Assembly (NCBI GenBank): GCA_963772365.1
Contig: CAVYXA010000001.1
Location: 800,001 to 864,000, forward strand
Direction: 5' to 3'
DNA length: 64,000 nucleotides
Source of the DNA: an uncultured Verrucomicrobiae bacterium
Lineage (GTDB): Bacteria > Verrucomicrobiota > Verrucomicrobiia > Chthoniobacterales > UBA10450
Shown here in pieces: positions 63,355-64,000 of the stretch (position 1 is its first letter; each line of letters opens with the position of its first letter). A program made the position numbers and the translations under genes. The notes under the pieces were generated by a model. That model was not told the DNA's origin. It made no database searches and was given only the letters and a program-made list of their open reading frames with translations.

Positions 63355-64000
63355 TCATTGGCCGAATTCCTCGCGAGTGCTGGCTGAAACACGTTTCCGT
63401 TTCGGCACGATCTTCAGTTGCTTCTCCTCATAATAAACAAGCGAATCGGGCGGGACGCTCTGAACGAGAAACACGTTGCCGCCGATTGTAGATCTTGCGC
63501 CGATCACCGTTCCCCCGCCAAGGATCGTCGAGTTCGGATAAATCGTCACGTCGTCCTCGACCGTCGGATGCCGTTTGCCGCCCTTCTTGATCTTGCCATG
63601 CTCGTCTTTTTGAAAACTGCGCGCTCCGAGCGTGACGCTGTGGTAAAGCTTTACTCGCGACCCGATCTCGCAGCTTTCACCAATCACGACACCGGTCCCG
63701 TGATCGATAAAGAAATGCGACCCGATCTTCGCTCCGGGATGAATGTCGATCCCGGTCCGGCTGTGAGCCCATTCGGTCATGATCCGCGGAATTAACGGCA
63801 ACCCTTTTTCGTAAAGCACATGCGCCATTCGCTGGATCGTGATCGCTTCCAGCGCCGGATACGCCAGAATGATTTCTTCGTAGCTCGTCGCCGCCGGATC
63901 ACCTTCATAGGCAGCATCGATATCTGTCCACAAGATGCGACGCAGCCGCGGCAGTTCTGTGAAAAACGCTTTCAAAAATTCTTCCGCCTTCGCTTCAGTT
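63355..64000 (-). CDS. cysE: Serine O-acetyltransferase (5' part lies outside the window)
   Basis: GDPAA, TGIDIHPGA, FIDHGTGVVIGE, KRHP. Confidence 0.93.
   Translation of the reverse strand, partial: TEAKAEEFLKAFFTELPRLRRILWTDIDAAYEGDPAATSYEEIILAYPALEAITIQRMAHVLYEKGLPLIPRIMTEWAHSRTGIDIHPGAKIGSHFFIDHGTGVVIGESCEIGSRVKLYHSVTLGARSFQKDEHGKIKKGGKRHPTVEDDVTIYPNSTILGGGTVIGARSTIGGNVFLVQSVPPDSLVYYEEKQLKIVPKRKRVSASTREEFGQ

Overview
This is core chromosome from a GC-rich bacterium. Gene content (PEP-CTERM/VPxxG-CTERM proteins, a Pup-ligase-family gene, DUF5069- and DUF2339-like genes, rpoD-dnaG, alaS-recA, eno-prfB) and protein style suggest Verrucomicrobiota, probably Chthoniobacterales; this is an inference. 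About 60 CDS and one tRNA-Arg(ACG) are present. Several genes carry single-base frameshifts that look like assembly errors. The most notable non-housekeeping structures are: (1) an integrase-less integron remnant with an attI-like site, two cassettes and two attC sites, one of them interrupted by an IS110/IS1111-type element whose 3' non-coding region is structured and contains the attC target motif (candidate bridge/seek RNA); (2) at least six families of short palindromic or tandem repeats that nest inside each other and sit in-frame inside conserved proteins (AlaRS, IscS, DnaG, an ECF sigma factor and its anti-sigma, SprT, a phosphoesterase); (3) a four-helix-bundle gene bracketed by inverted heptamer arrays between exbB and exbD; (4) twin PEP-CTERM genes next to an AlkP-TPR-sulfotransferase fusion; (5) a displaced, synonymously diverged copy of a GT9 gene 3' end; (6) many apparently leaderless genes. 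All family assignments come from motif recognition by eye, not from database searches.
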